A DNA stretch of 64,000 nucleotides, from contig JAUGWO010000139.1 in the NCBI GenBank assembly GCA_049724395.1, forward strand, positions 62,001 to 126,000. The letters are read 5' to 3'. Below the pieces are notes generated by a model. It worked only from the letters and a program-made list of their open reading frames with translations. It ran no database searches and was not told the DNA's origin. Source of the DNA: Spongospora subterranea f. sp. subterranea (lineage: Eukaryota). Shown piece by piece: positions 24,108-37,326 of the stretch (position 1 is its first letter; every line of letters begins with the position of its first letter). The position numbers were made by a program, and so were the translations under genes.

Positions 24108-27100
24108 ATGCTGATCAGCAGTACGTTTCGCTCATCTATATCGTCACTGTCGGTCATAACGGTTAACATCGGATCCGCTATCGGAAAGGGGCAGAGAAGA
24201 GCAGTCGGAAGCGTGTCTATGCAGTACCCGAACGCGCCCAGGCAAGACTCCCAGGTCGAATATCACGGTCAGTCTGTTCCGGATCCGTATCGATGGCTGG
24301 AAGATATCAATTCGCCTGACACTGAATCATGGTCAAATTCGTGTTTTATGCTGAGTCAATCTAAAATCTCAATGACACTTTATAGGGTGTCGGCTCAAGT
24401 AGCATTGACAGAATCCCATTTCTCCAAAGATGAATACACGGGGCTTGTGAAATCGTTTAAGGAACGCTTGACCGAAGTTTGGAATTATAGGCGTTTTTCT
24501 TCTCCATTTCAACATGGATCAAGGTAACAATGTATAGCGAAGTTTTCTGACTCGCTTGCTAAGTTAATCAGATGGTTTCAGTTTCGCAATTCCGGATTAC
24601 AGAATCAATCTGTTCTTTATATGTTTAAAGACGGTGTTGACTCTGAGGCATCTGTATTGCTTGATCCTAATACACTTTCTACAAATGGTATGTCTCTACC
24701 TTAGTGGCATCTCAACCTTACCCTGATTGCGATTGTCGTCAGGAACAACCGCACTGATGGGCACTGCTTTTTCTGAATGCGGGAGCCTTCTTGCCTACTC
24801 GCTATCGAAATCTGGTTCTGATTGGAGAACTATTCATGTACTGAACGTAGACCAACCCGATTTTCCCACTTCAGACTGCATTGAATGTAATGCTAGCTCA
24901 AACTGAACAACATAAGCTTTTGTTGAATCTACCTTAGGGGTGAAGTTTTCGTCGGTTTCTTGGACGCATGACAATAAGGGTTTTTTTTACTGCCGATATG
25001 AACAGCCGAAATCATCAGGAGAATCACTTGGGTAATGAGTTGTTTGGCACTGTCTTTGAAACCGATGCTGATTGCTGTTTTAGTACTGAAGTTGATGGTA
25101 TGAAAAATCAACTTGTCTATTATCACCACCTTGGGGAAGATCAGACACAAGATACTTTAATTTATAGCGATCCCGAGAACCCCAATTACATGTTTTCCAT
25201 CGAGGTTCAATGATCATTCGCATAAATTTGGTTCTTTCTGAAATCAAACAGGTTTCGAATTGCGGCCAATATTGCATCCTGTCGATTAGCGAATCATGTG
25301 AACCAAAAAACAAGGTCTATATTGGTGGTTTGGACGGGTTTGGTTCCGGCTGCCGTGAGATGTAAACTTTCTTTTTTTATTGACTTTCAAGTCTCTTATA
25401 TATCTTTTCAGCGTTTTCGATAAAGTAATTGACGTCATGGAAAGCGAATATTCGTACTTAACCAACAAAGACTCGAAATTTTACTTTAAGTCTAATGCGC
25501 TTGCTGATCGTTACTCTATCGGCTGCATAGACTTATCTACCCCGAGGTATTTTATTGGCATTTTTGTTGCAGCTTATTTCATAAAGTCGTATTCACTTTT
25601 AGATCTTGGCACGTGATCGTTGCTGAATCTGGTGACGTTCTGGAGTCCGCTGTTCCATGTGGGACTCGTTTCCTGTTTCTCTCGTATCTCCATGACGTTA
25701 GTTCGATGTGCATGATCGTTGACTTGATGGGATCGCAGATTACTCAGCTAGAGCTGCCTAGTGTTGGCCAAATCTCGGTATGATCACTTCCGTTGTTGCG
25801 CATACGCAGCAGCTCATCAACAAGTATTGATATTAGGAAGTTTATGGTCGCCATGATTCTTCAGATGTGTACTATAAATTTACATCATTTATTGATGCTG
25901 GGGTTGTATTTTATCTCAATACGATAACTATGGCTGCAAAAAAGTGGCAGGAAATCGTCGTCCCAGGTATCACTTCCCATCGTATTGGTGCGTTTTTTGA
26001 TTCTGTGTAAATAAGGCCTATTCCCATCAATGTTTTCAACTGAGCAAATATTTTATCAAAGCAACGATGGCACGAAAATTCCGATGTTTTTGATCAAAAA
26101 GTTTGGAAAATTAACAGACAATATATCTCTCGCCAATCGATAAATTTTAGGGCCAACTCGGAGGGAACGCGCCCGACGATTTTGTATGGCTACGGAGGAT
26201 TCAATATCTCGTTGACACCTTCCTTCAGGTGTCTTCGTTTTTTGCAGCCTGCACCCTTATTCACTTTTCGATAGTATTGTTAGACTTATTTTCGTCCAAC
26301 ACTGTAATGCCAATTATGCAATAGCCAACCTTAGAGGAGGTGGAGAATATGGGAAACAATGGCACCAGGCTGGGACGAAGCAATTGTTAGCAAGACCTGT
26401 TATTGCGATTCTGATTCATGCTAACACTGCGGCTTTAGAAAACAAAATGTATTCGATGACTTCATCTCAGCAGGCAGGCATCTGATTGAACGCGGCGAGA
26501 CGCGGCCTGACCAGTTAGCGATTACTGGAGGGTCAAACGGCGGTAAATGTGTGTTCATCGCGATGTTCCATGGTAGTTTACTCTACAGATAGGGCTGCTT
26601 GTGGCTGCATGCTTGAACCAGCAGCCGAGTTTATTTGGATGTGCGGTTGCTCATGTTGGTGTAATGGACATGCTCCGGTTTCATAAGTTCACCATTGGCT
26701 ATGCATGGTACTAGACGCGAACGCAACTTTAAGGTTGCACCATTGAATTCTGAGCTGTTTAGGACATCGGATTATGGTAATCCAGAAGAAAACAAGGAGT
26801 AAGTTGGGCCGTTCCGTCGATGAAATGCTGGAAATTCAGGTTTTCTCTGTCAGTGAGTTTCAGGCGATTTTGGCTTACTCTCCAATCCACAATGTTGGCA
26901 AAAAGGTTTGCCTAATTTTTTTGTGGTAGACAATATCTGAGATATTACTGTAGCAAAGCCCTTACCCTCCTGTTCTTTTATGTACTGCCGATCATGATGA
27001 CCGAGTTGTTCCACTCCATTCATTTAAATTGGCTGCCGAATTGCAACACACTGTAGGAAAACGTCCAAACCAACAAGCGCCTCTTTTGATCCGTATCGAT

Positions 27101-27208
27101 CGCCAATCTGGACATGGCGCAGGTAAACCGTTATCCAAAACAATACAAGAGCACGCTGATGTATTCGCTTTCATCGCAAACTCCCTCAAGGCCAAATATG
27201 TTCCATAA
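24108..27208 (+). CDS. PREP: prolyl oligopeptidase (S9A), many exons
   Basis: [123 protein letters not shown] second in-frame ATG lies at 24219. Confidence 0.97.
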
Positions 27209-27387
27209 GTGTATCAACGTAAAGACTTCATTAAAACTCTCAAATTTCTTTAAGGGATTTGCCTAATTTGCTGTGCTGGTCTTCGAAATGATTTGCATTG
27301 GCCCCTGAGTTGACTGATGTTGTTGGGGAGACCTGTAAATAACTGAATCGGTCCGTGGAACTGGCTAAACTTATCTGCATTGCCGTA

Positions 27388-28109
27388 ATGACGGTGAAAT
27401 TCACATTATCACCGCTGATTAAGGATGCCGCCAGGGCTGTCCTGTTGCGCGGAGGCGATGATGATTCATTTCGGAAAGTTGTGAACGGGGATGTTGATCG
27501 CATCTCGATCGGTGAACTGAAGAGGTTGACCACGCTCTACCACTCAATAACAAAGGACGAGAACAGTCGATGCTCGTACGTCCATACTATTGTTGCGGGG
27601 TCTGATTTGGTATCAGAATTTCAGCACACTTCTCGCCCCAAGGTTTGAAAATTGTGTAATCGCTAATTACGTCAAGGTTAATGTTTACGGTTGCACATAG
27701 AATGCCGAACTAGAAAACCGCCTACACAGACTCAGGTTAAAACAAGAACAGCTAGAATACGATCAGATGACATCGATCCTAAAGTCGAACGTGCCTGCAA
27801 ATGCTCGGGAGGACGCCATCATGATGAAACGGTCAATATCAATGGGAGTTAACTTGATATTCTCCATGATCACTGCCATGGTATTCGGAACCTTCATTGG
27901 CTCGAAAATGTTCGAGTCAATGGCGTTGGTGAGTTGATTATTTTTTCAAAACTGTTCATCATTGTCGCTGATTGGTTGACTCATAGGCATGCGTTTGTGG
28001 ATTGATTTGCACCGCCTGCATGTTATTAGTTGAGACATGGTTGTTCCTAATTCAAGATGAAAAAGCGCGAGCAAGGTCCAGCGCATATTCACGTAATGGA
28101 TCAGGATGA
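27388..28109 (+). CDS. VMA12: V-ATPase assembly factor Vma12/TMEM199
   Basis: PK|NAELENRLHRLRLKQEQLEYDQMT followed by two TM helices ending MLLVETWLF. Two introns. Confidence 0.8.
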
Positions 28110-28328
28110 TATATCTGCACAACGATGCTATTTATTCTCCAATGGTGAACTGAAAATCAACTGATAAACTAAGACAATCGATCACGGGGGAAAAGCGATT
28201 CTGCCAGAAATGATGAACTCTCAACTGATTTTTTCTTTATATTGCTGATGTTGAGGATTGATTATTGGATCACATATACGTGGTCGAGGGGAAGTTGGGG
28301 AAATGATAGTCAGTTTGTGGCCTAATCA

Positions 28329-29539
28329 TCAGGTCTCGTCTCCTTCGTCAGTGATCAGCTCGATCCTGTCCATCAAGAACTCCCCTTCTGACCCGTATAA
28401 CGGTTGATGTCGTTCATTCCACCCCTTTATAAGGTTATGACATTCCTCATCGACAAACTCTACAGCTGTTTGAGCGATCCGATTGGCGGTTTCCGTTTCG
28501 GCCCGTTCAGCCTCAACCATTCCAATCGTATTTTGAACATGTCGAACCTCTTCTCTCGCCTTCAAATGTATCCTTTTCCTCTCGTCCATAAGCTCATCGT
28601 CTCTCGATTCGTTTCTGTATTCCTGCAGCACTCCTTCCATCTCCTTTCCGAACTCGTCATCCCTGTTTATCACGGCCGAATGCCCGTTCATTTCCATGAT
28701 CTGTTCCTTCAATGAATCTCGTTCCAGCTCCATCAGCTCCAGATCTTGCATTAGTTTCGCCATCGCCCGGCCCTGCCTTTCACATTCGTCTTTCCGTTGC
28801 TGCAACGCCCTCCCCATCTTATCATTATCTTCCAATAGTTTCCTTAACGATAAGCTATCAACTCGCCCCTTCTCGTCTGTTCTCTTTCTTATATGATCGA
28901 TCGCTCTGTCATATTCTTCTCCTATTCGCCGTAATATTGCTCCAAGAACTTCATCTTCCTGGATAACCCGATCCAGAATCGTTCTGCTGATATCGAGGCG
29001 TTTCTGTACCGGATCTGGGCACGATATCTCGCTGCATGCAGCCAGACGTTCACACAGTTCCACCTCGAATTTCAGTAGCCCTGATCTGAACTGCTTCTCT
29101 TCCTTGGCAATCGGTGAACGTTTCCGTCCACCCGATCGCCTCTTTGGCTGTTTCGTGCTCAAAATCATTTGGCTTCGAACCGAGCGCAATGTCGCCTCCA
29201 GCAATGATGATTTCGATAACGACTTATTGCGAACGACAGTACTGCTCCCTTGAGGTAATTGCTCCATTGACCGCCGCGAGGGTAGCAGACCCATATTGCG
29301 ACGCCTGGATACCTAAAATGATTTTCAGTTCCATCATAGAAACAGTTTGACGACAAATAATTCACCATCGGTCGATGAGCCGTCAGTTTCTTGTATGGGT
29401 TATTGTCCCACTGAGCGGCGCTGTGTGATCGCTGAATGCTGCGAGAGATTGGGGATGTTGGCAATATCGCCCATGATGATGTTGGGCGTAGACAGGATAC
29501 GGCTGACAAACGGGATGTGTTCGGTGAAGACGACGTCAT
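28329..29539 (-). CDS. coiled-coil protein with TSNAXIP1 N-terminal-like domain (C6orf118-like)
   Basis: 321-aa ORF plus a likely upstream exon; RLDISRTILDRVIQEDEVLGAILRRIGEEYD motif followed by coiled coil. Confidence 0.55.
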
Positions 29540-29679
29540 ATTGCTGATGTGGTGATTGAGGGGAAGTTTCGAGGGGAAATTCACTTTAGACCTAACTCTG
29601 AGTACCTAACCAGATCGTGTATTCAGAATTGATCTTCAGTTCAGTCGATGCGGAATCGTTGGTGTAATATTGACAACGA

Positions 29680-30530
29680 TCAGCGGTTTGGTTTATTCGA
29701 ATATATAAAAATATGGGCAAAACTCGCTTCTATTCCAGATATCATATTGACACTTAGACAATAATGAAGAGGAAGAACACCATCTAAAACCAGAATTTCA
29801 GATAATTCAATGATAAATAGAGAAGAAATGGACAGTACGAGTATGAGAAATAATCATAGCGGTAGAAGCAATCCAGAATGTAATGGCGGCTAGAGCTCGT
29901 CCCTGAATGGCTTGAGGTGATCCAGGAATTAGGACAGATATGGTGATATATAGGAGCACATGTCCAGCAGACATGAGCAAGTCGATCCACAATGACCTGG
30001 TTGAAAATTTAATTGATTTCCCACTCGCTGTTAGTAATTGGTGTTCGACCTTGCACTATTGTCTTTCAGTCTGGGTTTAGACATAGCTGACTTCAAAGTT
30101 GACATTTGGCGCTGCCGAAACGATAGTCGCCTTGGTTTAGGATTTGGGCAACCTAACGTAATTAATTCGCGTTTATCCAATGCGGAGGTGGGCTCAATAT
30201 CCCTTCACGATAGTTTAGGTCATAATACGGCCATAGTTGCAGTACAAAAATACCTTAATCGATGGTGTTGTGATATTGGTTGAAGTGGACTATACATGTG
30301 GCGGTTCCCACCCCCAAATCCGATCTCACCCACCTCAATCTCACGATCGACAGGTGAATGGCGCTACACTGGTGTACTGCACTGCAGTGTATCGCAATCT
30401 GCCCCTGTTCGTCAATTGTACACTGCATTGCATATCGTGATGCTTGGTAACACTGCAGGCCGTACAGGCCAGCCCGACGTGAAATATCAACCGCTCACTG
30501 TTTGACAATGGACACGAGGGTGATGTTCGG
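29680..30530 (-). CDS. hypothetical multi-exon membrane protein
   Basis: Exon-like segments bounded by GT/AG, including hydrophobic LWIDLLMSAGHVLLYITISVLIP and ALAAITFWIASTAMII. Ends uncertain. Confidence 0.3.
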
Positions 30531-30870
30531 CAATATTTAATGTGGTGCTTGATGATCTCAGTTGCAAGAACTTCACCGATCTGGCAATGTATTACGGGAT
30601 AGATTATTTGTGGTGAAATCAGCAATAAGCTTTGTGATCGTTGATCAACGGTTTCTGTATTATCAGTCGATCGATCACACGGTAATTGCTGATCGGAGCC
30701 TGGGGTCTGGCCAGTATTATCGGCCGGGTCACAATGGTCCGATCATAACCTGCCATCTACACCTGCCCGCCGAGATAAAGTGTACAGGTCGAACAGTGAA
30801 ATAAACAGGATATTTTTTTGGACACGAGGAAATATCGGGCATTGATCAACGTCTACGACCAGTTCCGTTG

Positions 30871-32187
30871 ATGATGGATATAATGGATTCGTTAAAACCG
30901 TCAACAAATAACGACGTCGGCAAGATGAATATCGCCCCTGCTAGAAATAAAGCCACATCAGCTCCACCACCAGAGGATAATGGGTTTTTTGGTGCCTTCC
31001 GTAAAGGGATCTCCAAGCCGATCATGACGTCGATCCCGGGACTGAGCTCAGTTCCAACTGCGAACCCAACAATTATAATACCAGAAGCGGCAATCGCGGC
31101 TCACCCACCGCCGAAGAAACCAATGGATGAAGACGCGAAACGACTACAGCAAGCGATTGATGAGAAGACAATGGCACAGGCTGAGATCGCCCGATTGAGC
31201 GCCGTATTGGCTGAACAATTACAGGAGAGACAGACAACAGAAGAGTTCAAGAAGACGATGGAGGAGATGGAAACGGAATTGACCAAGCTCAGAGCCGATC
31301 ATGCAAAAGCGAAAGATCGGATCGATTATAAACGAGTTGAAGCGAATGAATTGGAGGTTCAGAAGATGAGGGAGACGAATGCGGGTCTGAAAGCGGACGT
31401 GACCAGATTAGGGAATGAGCTGATGGCGATGACTGGCCAGACAACTGCACTACAAGCCGATCATGATAAACTGGTTAGGCAATTAGACGAGGCGTGGAAG
31501 GCGGCGGCTCTATCGGATTCGATGGCGGTCAAGGCGAATGAAGAATTGGAGGAGTTGAAGGCAAAAACAGAGGCAATCACGGCGGAGGCGAATATGGCCA
31601 TTAACGCGCGAGACGCGGCGGTGTCGAAACTTAATATGTCAAGAGAGGCGGTGAAGCTAGAGATGAAAAGGGAGACCGAGAAATTACAGGTGAAGGCGAG
31701 TGAGAAGGAGAAGCAGTTCTTCGCAGAGCTGGATGCAGTGAATAGTGAAAGGAACGCGTTGAGAACACGAGGAGAGTCACTGCAGAAGGCGCTGGATAAA
31801 GCGTTGAGGAAGGTGAATACGGTGGCAGCTGACGAGACGGTAAAATGGGCCGATACCAGACAGAAACTGGAGCAGGAAATAGAGAGGAAGACCAAGAGTT
31901 TGAACGATGCAATCGAGGCGCTACAGACACGAGATACGTCGAGGAAGGCAACGGTTTTATTGACCTTGGAAGCACAAAGGCGGCTACCTCATCTGTCAAC
32001 CGCTGATGTCAAGATCATCGAACAGAATCACGCGTTCCAGTCCATCGCCCAAGAGCTGCTGGAGACGGTTAAAGATCGGGATGCACTGATACAACAGCTG
32101 CGAACCGACAACACCGCTCTTGGAAAGCAACTGATCGAGCTCGATGAGACCGGGTCTAGAGCTAAAAAATATAGTCAATTGCCATGA
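30871..32187 (+). CDS. single-exon long coiled-coil protein
   Basis: ~438-aa uninterrupted ORF with a Pro-rich N-terminus and E/K/A/L-rich heptads. Confidence 0.85.
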   Translation: MMDIMDSLKPSTNNDVGKMNIAPARNKATSAPPPEDNGFFGAFRKGISKPIMTSIPGLSSVPTANPTIIIPEAAIAAHPPPKKPMDEDAKRLQQAIDEKTMAQAEIARLSAVLAEQLQERQTTEEFKKTMEEMETELTKLRADHAKAKDRIDYKRVEANELEVQKMRETNAGLKADVTRLGNELMAMTGQTTALQADHDKLVRQLDEAWKAAALSDSMAVKANEELEELKAKTEAITAEANMAINARDAAVSKLNMSREAVKLEMKRETEKLQVKASEKEKQFFAELDAVNSERNALRTRGESLQKALDKALRKVNTVAADETVKWADTRQKLEQEIERKTKSLNDAIEALQTRDTSRKATVLLTLEAQRRLPHLSTADVKIIEQNHAFQSIAQELLETVKDRDALIQQLRTDNTALGKQLIELDETGSRAKKYSQLP

Positions 32188-32581
32188 CCTACCTCAGTAG
32201 AATTACAGGGATCAATATACATGTAGCTGAATACAAATTGTAAACAACAAAAATTGGGTTGTTTTTCAGTCTTCATTTTTGTCGATCAGAAATATACAAT
32301 TGAGATGAGTTCCATTATATCAAACGGAGTTCCTGTTCACGACATTGGTTAGATATGGGATTTAGTAGTCGAGTCTTGTGGTTGCAGTAATTCGTATTAT
32401 GATGATTTTAGAGGATAAAACGCTGAAAAATTAGCTCCAAACAAGCGATTGGCTGGTCTACCTATGGTTAATCCATTCCGGTCGATTGGTAATGATGTAC
32501 TGTACCAATAATAATTGAAGTGAGCTGGCGCTGAAGCAAACCCCTTCTTCACATCCTTTTTTAACTTGTATATTATCATCA

Positions 32582-34543
32582 ATGGCCCCTCCATTTCTAC
32601 CTGGCACATCTATCAACCCTAACCCGGCTCACCATCATCCTCGTACTACCCGATTCGACATCATGCAAGGGCAACGCCTATCCGATCCGTTATCCCATAA
32701 GCTAGTACCTGCGCCTAAGCACACCAACTTATTCGTCTGGAACCAAGAGACGGGCGAATCGCGAAGCCAACACGATCTACACCCTAAACTGCATAATATG
32801 GATGTGACTATGGGCAGAATTCCATCTTGGATAACGTACGATGGCAAAGTTCTTAGGTTCACGGCCTACTTCCGGCAAGCCATTCAGGAAAGCCAGATCG
32901 AAACTCACCGCATCTGCCCGGTCGCGATTCTGTTCTATCTTCAAGACGGAACCATTCGCATCACGGAGACTCGCGAAGACAATAACGGAATGCAGCATGG
33001 CGCAATACTCCAACGACATCGTATGCCGTTATCGGAGACGGGATATGCATACGATGGCGATCACCAGTTCTTATCACCTGAACATATTCGCATCCGACGT
33101 GATCTAACTCTCTACAGTCGGGTGTATCGGGTAGTGGATTGCGATCAATTTACACGACAGTTCTATCTGGATCATCTTAATGTTGATTTGGAGCCGGCTG
33201 AACCTATTCCTGATGATCCGTTCCATCTCAAGATCAAAGCTGCCGCAGCTGCGGTGGAAGCTGGTCGCGGACACGACCATGTTTCTGCACATTATGAATC
33301 AGTTCATGGAAAGCAGCAACGATGGCAGCTGTCGAAATGTCGCCGATTCCTGGAGCAAGATGGCAAAGTGTTACGATTCTGGGCTGTTTGGAAACACGCT
33401 CATCACTCAAGTGAAGATCGTCACCTTGTTGTGCACTTCTTCCTCGCTGATGACACGTGTGAAGTACTGGAGATCGCTCAACCTAATTCTGGGCGTGATC
33501 CATTTCCATCATTGGTTAAACGGCAACGACTAGGAAAACGTGCGGTTGGATATGGTATTGACAATATTGGAGAAGATGTGGCCATCCAAACGACATCGCA
33601 GCGTGATCAGTTCTATACTGCAGTTGATTTTCAAGTCGGCAACGTGATTCGGGTCTTCGGTAGGGACGTTTTGCTGCTGAGAGCGGATCCATTCACGAAG
33701 CAGTATTACTTGGACACATTCGGGATTGAGCTACACGATATGGTCGATGATGCTCGAGAAAATGAACGAGATAAACGCCCGCCTGAACCGGAGTCGGATC
33801 ACGTTGAGCACGAAGATGAGATAGTCACGTCCGCCATCAAAGCTGCGAAATCCGCTCGTGGGAAAATCCCCAGGTCTGTGGAGAAGCAGTTATCGAAATC
33901 TGTGATGCGATTCAAAGCAAGACAAGTATCAGTCCGGCCTGAGGACATTGCCAGAGAATTTGTTATTTCGTTCTTTCCCCTTGACGACACAGTTTCCGTA
34001 TTTGAAAATCCAATACGAAACTCAGGATTTCTCGCCGGGAAAGTAATGATGCTGCGAAATGTCTGCATATATCCATGATGTTCTGATTCTTGTAAACTGT
34101 AGTTTCTGGAGCGATGCATAGTCTACAATCGAGATCAAAAGCGAATCTTCAAGAAGTGCGATTTTAAGATTGGAGCTCGGATCGAGATTCATAGCTTCAT
34201 ATTCGAACTGATTGAAGCAGACTCTCAAACTCACGATCTATTAGAGGGTCATGCACCGAAAGCTAGAACTAAATTCGCAGATGTGCGATCTGTCGTTCTT
34301 GGCCTACGCGGCCTGTTAAAAAACAAGAACACGGCTTTACGGAAAACATTCCGGACATTCGACAACGATAAGGACGGGTATCTATCGCGAGCTGAATTTG
34401 AGAATCTACTGGATGTGTATGGATGGGATCTGGAAACACGTCAGATTGATCAGATCTTCAACGGATACGATCGCGATCAGGACGGGTTCATATCGTTTGA
34501 CGAGTTTTCCGCCGAGGTCGACGTGTGCGGTAATACTCGTTGA
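32582..34543 (+). CDS. EFHC1/EFHC2 (Rib72) family: three DM10 domains plus EF-hands
   Basis: PFLPG start, PSWITYDGKVLRF.AYF, FLEQDGKVLRFWAVW..HFFLADDT.EV.E..NSGRDPFP, REFVISFF..DDTVSVFE..RNSGF.AGK, EF-hands DNDKDGYLSRAEF and DRDQDGFISFDEF. One intron at ~34043-34102. Confidence 0.93.
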
Positions 34544-35175
34544 CAAGTATCAAACCAGTGATATCGACCCCCGTTTTGTCGAACGTGTTTGAACAATAAA
34601 TGTGATGATGTGGATCGGTCCTATCGCAGATTGTTGATCTCAGTACACACCGTGACGTTACCAGGGTCACGTCATGCTAACTGTTAATTTACCACTCTGG
34701 TGTGAAGATTCACCCGTCCCCTATGAAACGTAGTATTTCTGTTTCTGCTGTTTTACTGTTCTTTATCTGCAACGCTGGCAACTCTAAACCAGATCCACCT
34801 CAAACCTGCATCTCGATTCACTGTCGATCTTGTCGTAGTACTTTTGTTTTCAGGCACGGTGGGCAACACATCTCATATTCATACCCATGAGGCTTGTTCA
34901 TCAGAAAATTGCATTTATGGTTTATACTACTGGTGAGTCTCTGGATGGGCGAGAAGTGCAAATGTTCTACGCTATTCCTAACTCCGTTTTTGACCATTTC
35001 TTGTCAACGCGTCCTCAATACAGAAACGGTTGTTTGATTACTATTGCGATCCGCAACAGTTATCGAGGGTCTGGATATCATGATTTCGGGCCAAATATCA
35101 TGATAAAATTTATTGAGGTCCGGACTTGAATATTTTCAGAATACAATACTATTGGGCTTTAGTCCCTTAGATTGG

Positions 35176-36667
35176 CCCTTGGTGCGACAATACGCATCGT
35201 GGTAGATTGGCACGAAACGGGCCTGTTGGATCGCGCTACCTGGGACTCAGGCAAAGAACGACTATGTCTTGCCGAGTCGATCCGTTAGGCAAACGTGCTT
35301 GGAAAGCGAGCGGAATCGGGCTTCAAGAAGGAAGCTTGGGACGCTGCTTCAAAGTTTTCACCGAAACTGGTGCTGAATATAACAGAAATCAGCTCAAATT
35401 TCGAGCTGCTATCGTACAAAATGCTGCATGAGTTTATTCTGACGTTAGTGAGTTATAGTTGAGAAAATATGACATCGTGGTAAAACTGAAGGGTTTGTCC
35501 GGTTTCGGTTGGGATGATGTTCTTCACAAGGCCCTTGCCTCTGACGATGTCTGGGATGGCTACATTGTTGTAAGCCACACAGGCACTTATATGTTGATTG
35601 CTTTGGAAGTGACTTATTGTCCTCTTAAGGCTCATCCTGAAGCGAAGGAATTCCGCCACTCTGGCCTTCCACTGTTTGATTTTGTTGGAAGAACTGTTTT
35701 GTGGACGTTGGGCAACTGGAATGTATTCGGCCACGTTCAGCCAATGTGGTCTCTGATTTTTGGTTGAATCATGCAACTATCATGGTGGTCAATGCCTTAA
35801 AAGTCACTCGTGCCTACGTTTATTCGTCTTCCTGATGAAAATCATATCTGACACCATATCGATTCCAGACCTCCGCGAAGTTTTTCCATACTCTGGAGTC
35901 TCTATAGTCGGTTTGAGCGAAATAAAAGGAAGCTTTGGAGCACACATACGCTGGCCCTGGCTTGGAGATTGTGTAATGAGGAAAACTGGACCCTTTTCAC
36001 AAGATACATCGTCACATGAACTTTCATGCAAGGGCAGGTCGTCCACCATCGCCACCACCGTTAAATCACAGATGAATCCTTCAGACACATTGGCTGACGT
36101 GGCCCGAATACATTCCAGTTGCCAACGTCCCACAAAACAGTTTTTCCATAAAATCAAACAATGGAAGGCTAGAGTGGCGGTCGCTTCAGAATGAGCCTTA
36201 AGAGTTCAATACGCCACTTTTGAAGCAATCAAAATATATAGTGCCTATGTGGCTTACAGCAATGTAGCCATCCCAGACATCGTCAGGGGCAAGGGCCTTG
36301 TAAAGTACATCATCCCAACCGAAACCGGACAAACCCTTCAGTTGTACCACGATGTGATATGTTTTTTTCAACTATAATGCACTAACGTCAGAATAAACTC
36401 AGGCAGCATGTTTGTGAAAGTTTACGGTAGCAGCTCGAGATTTGAGCTGATTTCTGTTATATTCAGCTCCAGTTTGGGAAAGCACATTACAGCAGCGTGC
36501 CAAACTTCCTTGTTGAAGCCCGACTCCGCTCGCTTTCCAAGCACGTTTGCCTGACGGTTCGACTCGGCAAGCCATGGTCTGTCTTTGCCTGAAATCCCAC
36601 GTAGCGCGATCCAACAGGGCGCCGTTTTCATGTTTATCTACCACAATGCGTCTTGTCGCACAAAGGG
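35176..36667. mobile_element. inverted pair of degenerate Myb/SANT-like (PIF/Harbinger accessory-type) genes
   Basis: 35176-35756 is the diverged reverse complement of 36081-36667. Both encode GF(K/N)KE.W..YDIVV.LKGLSGFGWDD..A.DDVWDGYI..AH, and both keep two GT-AG introns. Confidence 0.8.
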
Positions 36668-37326
36668 TCGATCATCGACTGAAATTACTAACTGGGTGAT
36701 GCTAGTAATTCGCATGAAACTGATTTTACCAGATATCTATGAATAACCAAGAACGACAACTTGTGGATACTATAGAAACAGAGGTTCACAAATAACCTAT
36801 TTTCGTCAAAATCGTATGATTTCACTTGCTGAGCTTACGATTCTCACTAGTACCGTTTACGCCCAATTAACCACATTCATCTCCGCGTCAACCAGACCGT
36901 TGCGCATCGTTCTATTGCTGAATCGGCTGCATGTCAAGACGAATGTCTTTCAAAGCACAAGAAGAATAAATCTCACTGCCACGAAATACGAGAAACGGTA
37001 ATGTACATGGGTTCATTCCTCATCTTAACACTAATTAGTATTTCTTCTGTGATATTTTGATTGTTTATGGATATCGCCAATACATTAACAACAACTAACA
37101 CCAAATTGGTACAATCAGTTTCATGCCAATCACTAGTCTCATCCACAGTAGAAATTTCAGCTCCAGTGTTCACCGGTTCGGTTCTGCCCTGGCGATCGTA
37201 CGGAATTCGATGAGTTGTCCATCAGGGGAACATGCTGTAACGCCAAATACCGTACCAGTGTAACGTAGGGAGGAAGAGGTACTTGTTGTAGCCACGCGGT
37301 CAAGTCATCAGTTCATATCAATAATA

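Noticed and set aside
31101..31999. Antisense Ser/Phe-rich ORFs
   Set aside because: Shadow ORFs of the coiled-coil gene on the + strand.
34723..34936. Possible small secreted Cys-containing protein (MKRSISVSAVLLFFICNAG..)
   Set aside because: Needs an unusually short or GC-donor intron and has no other support.
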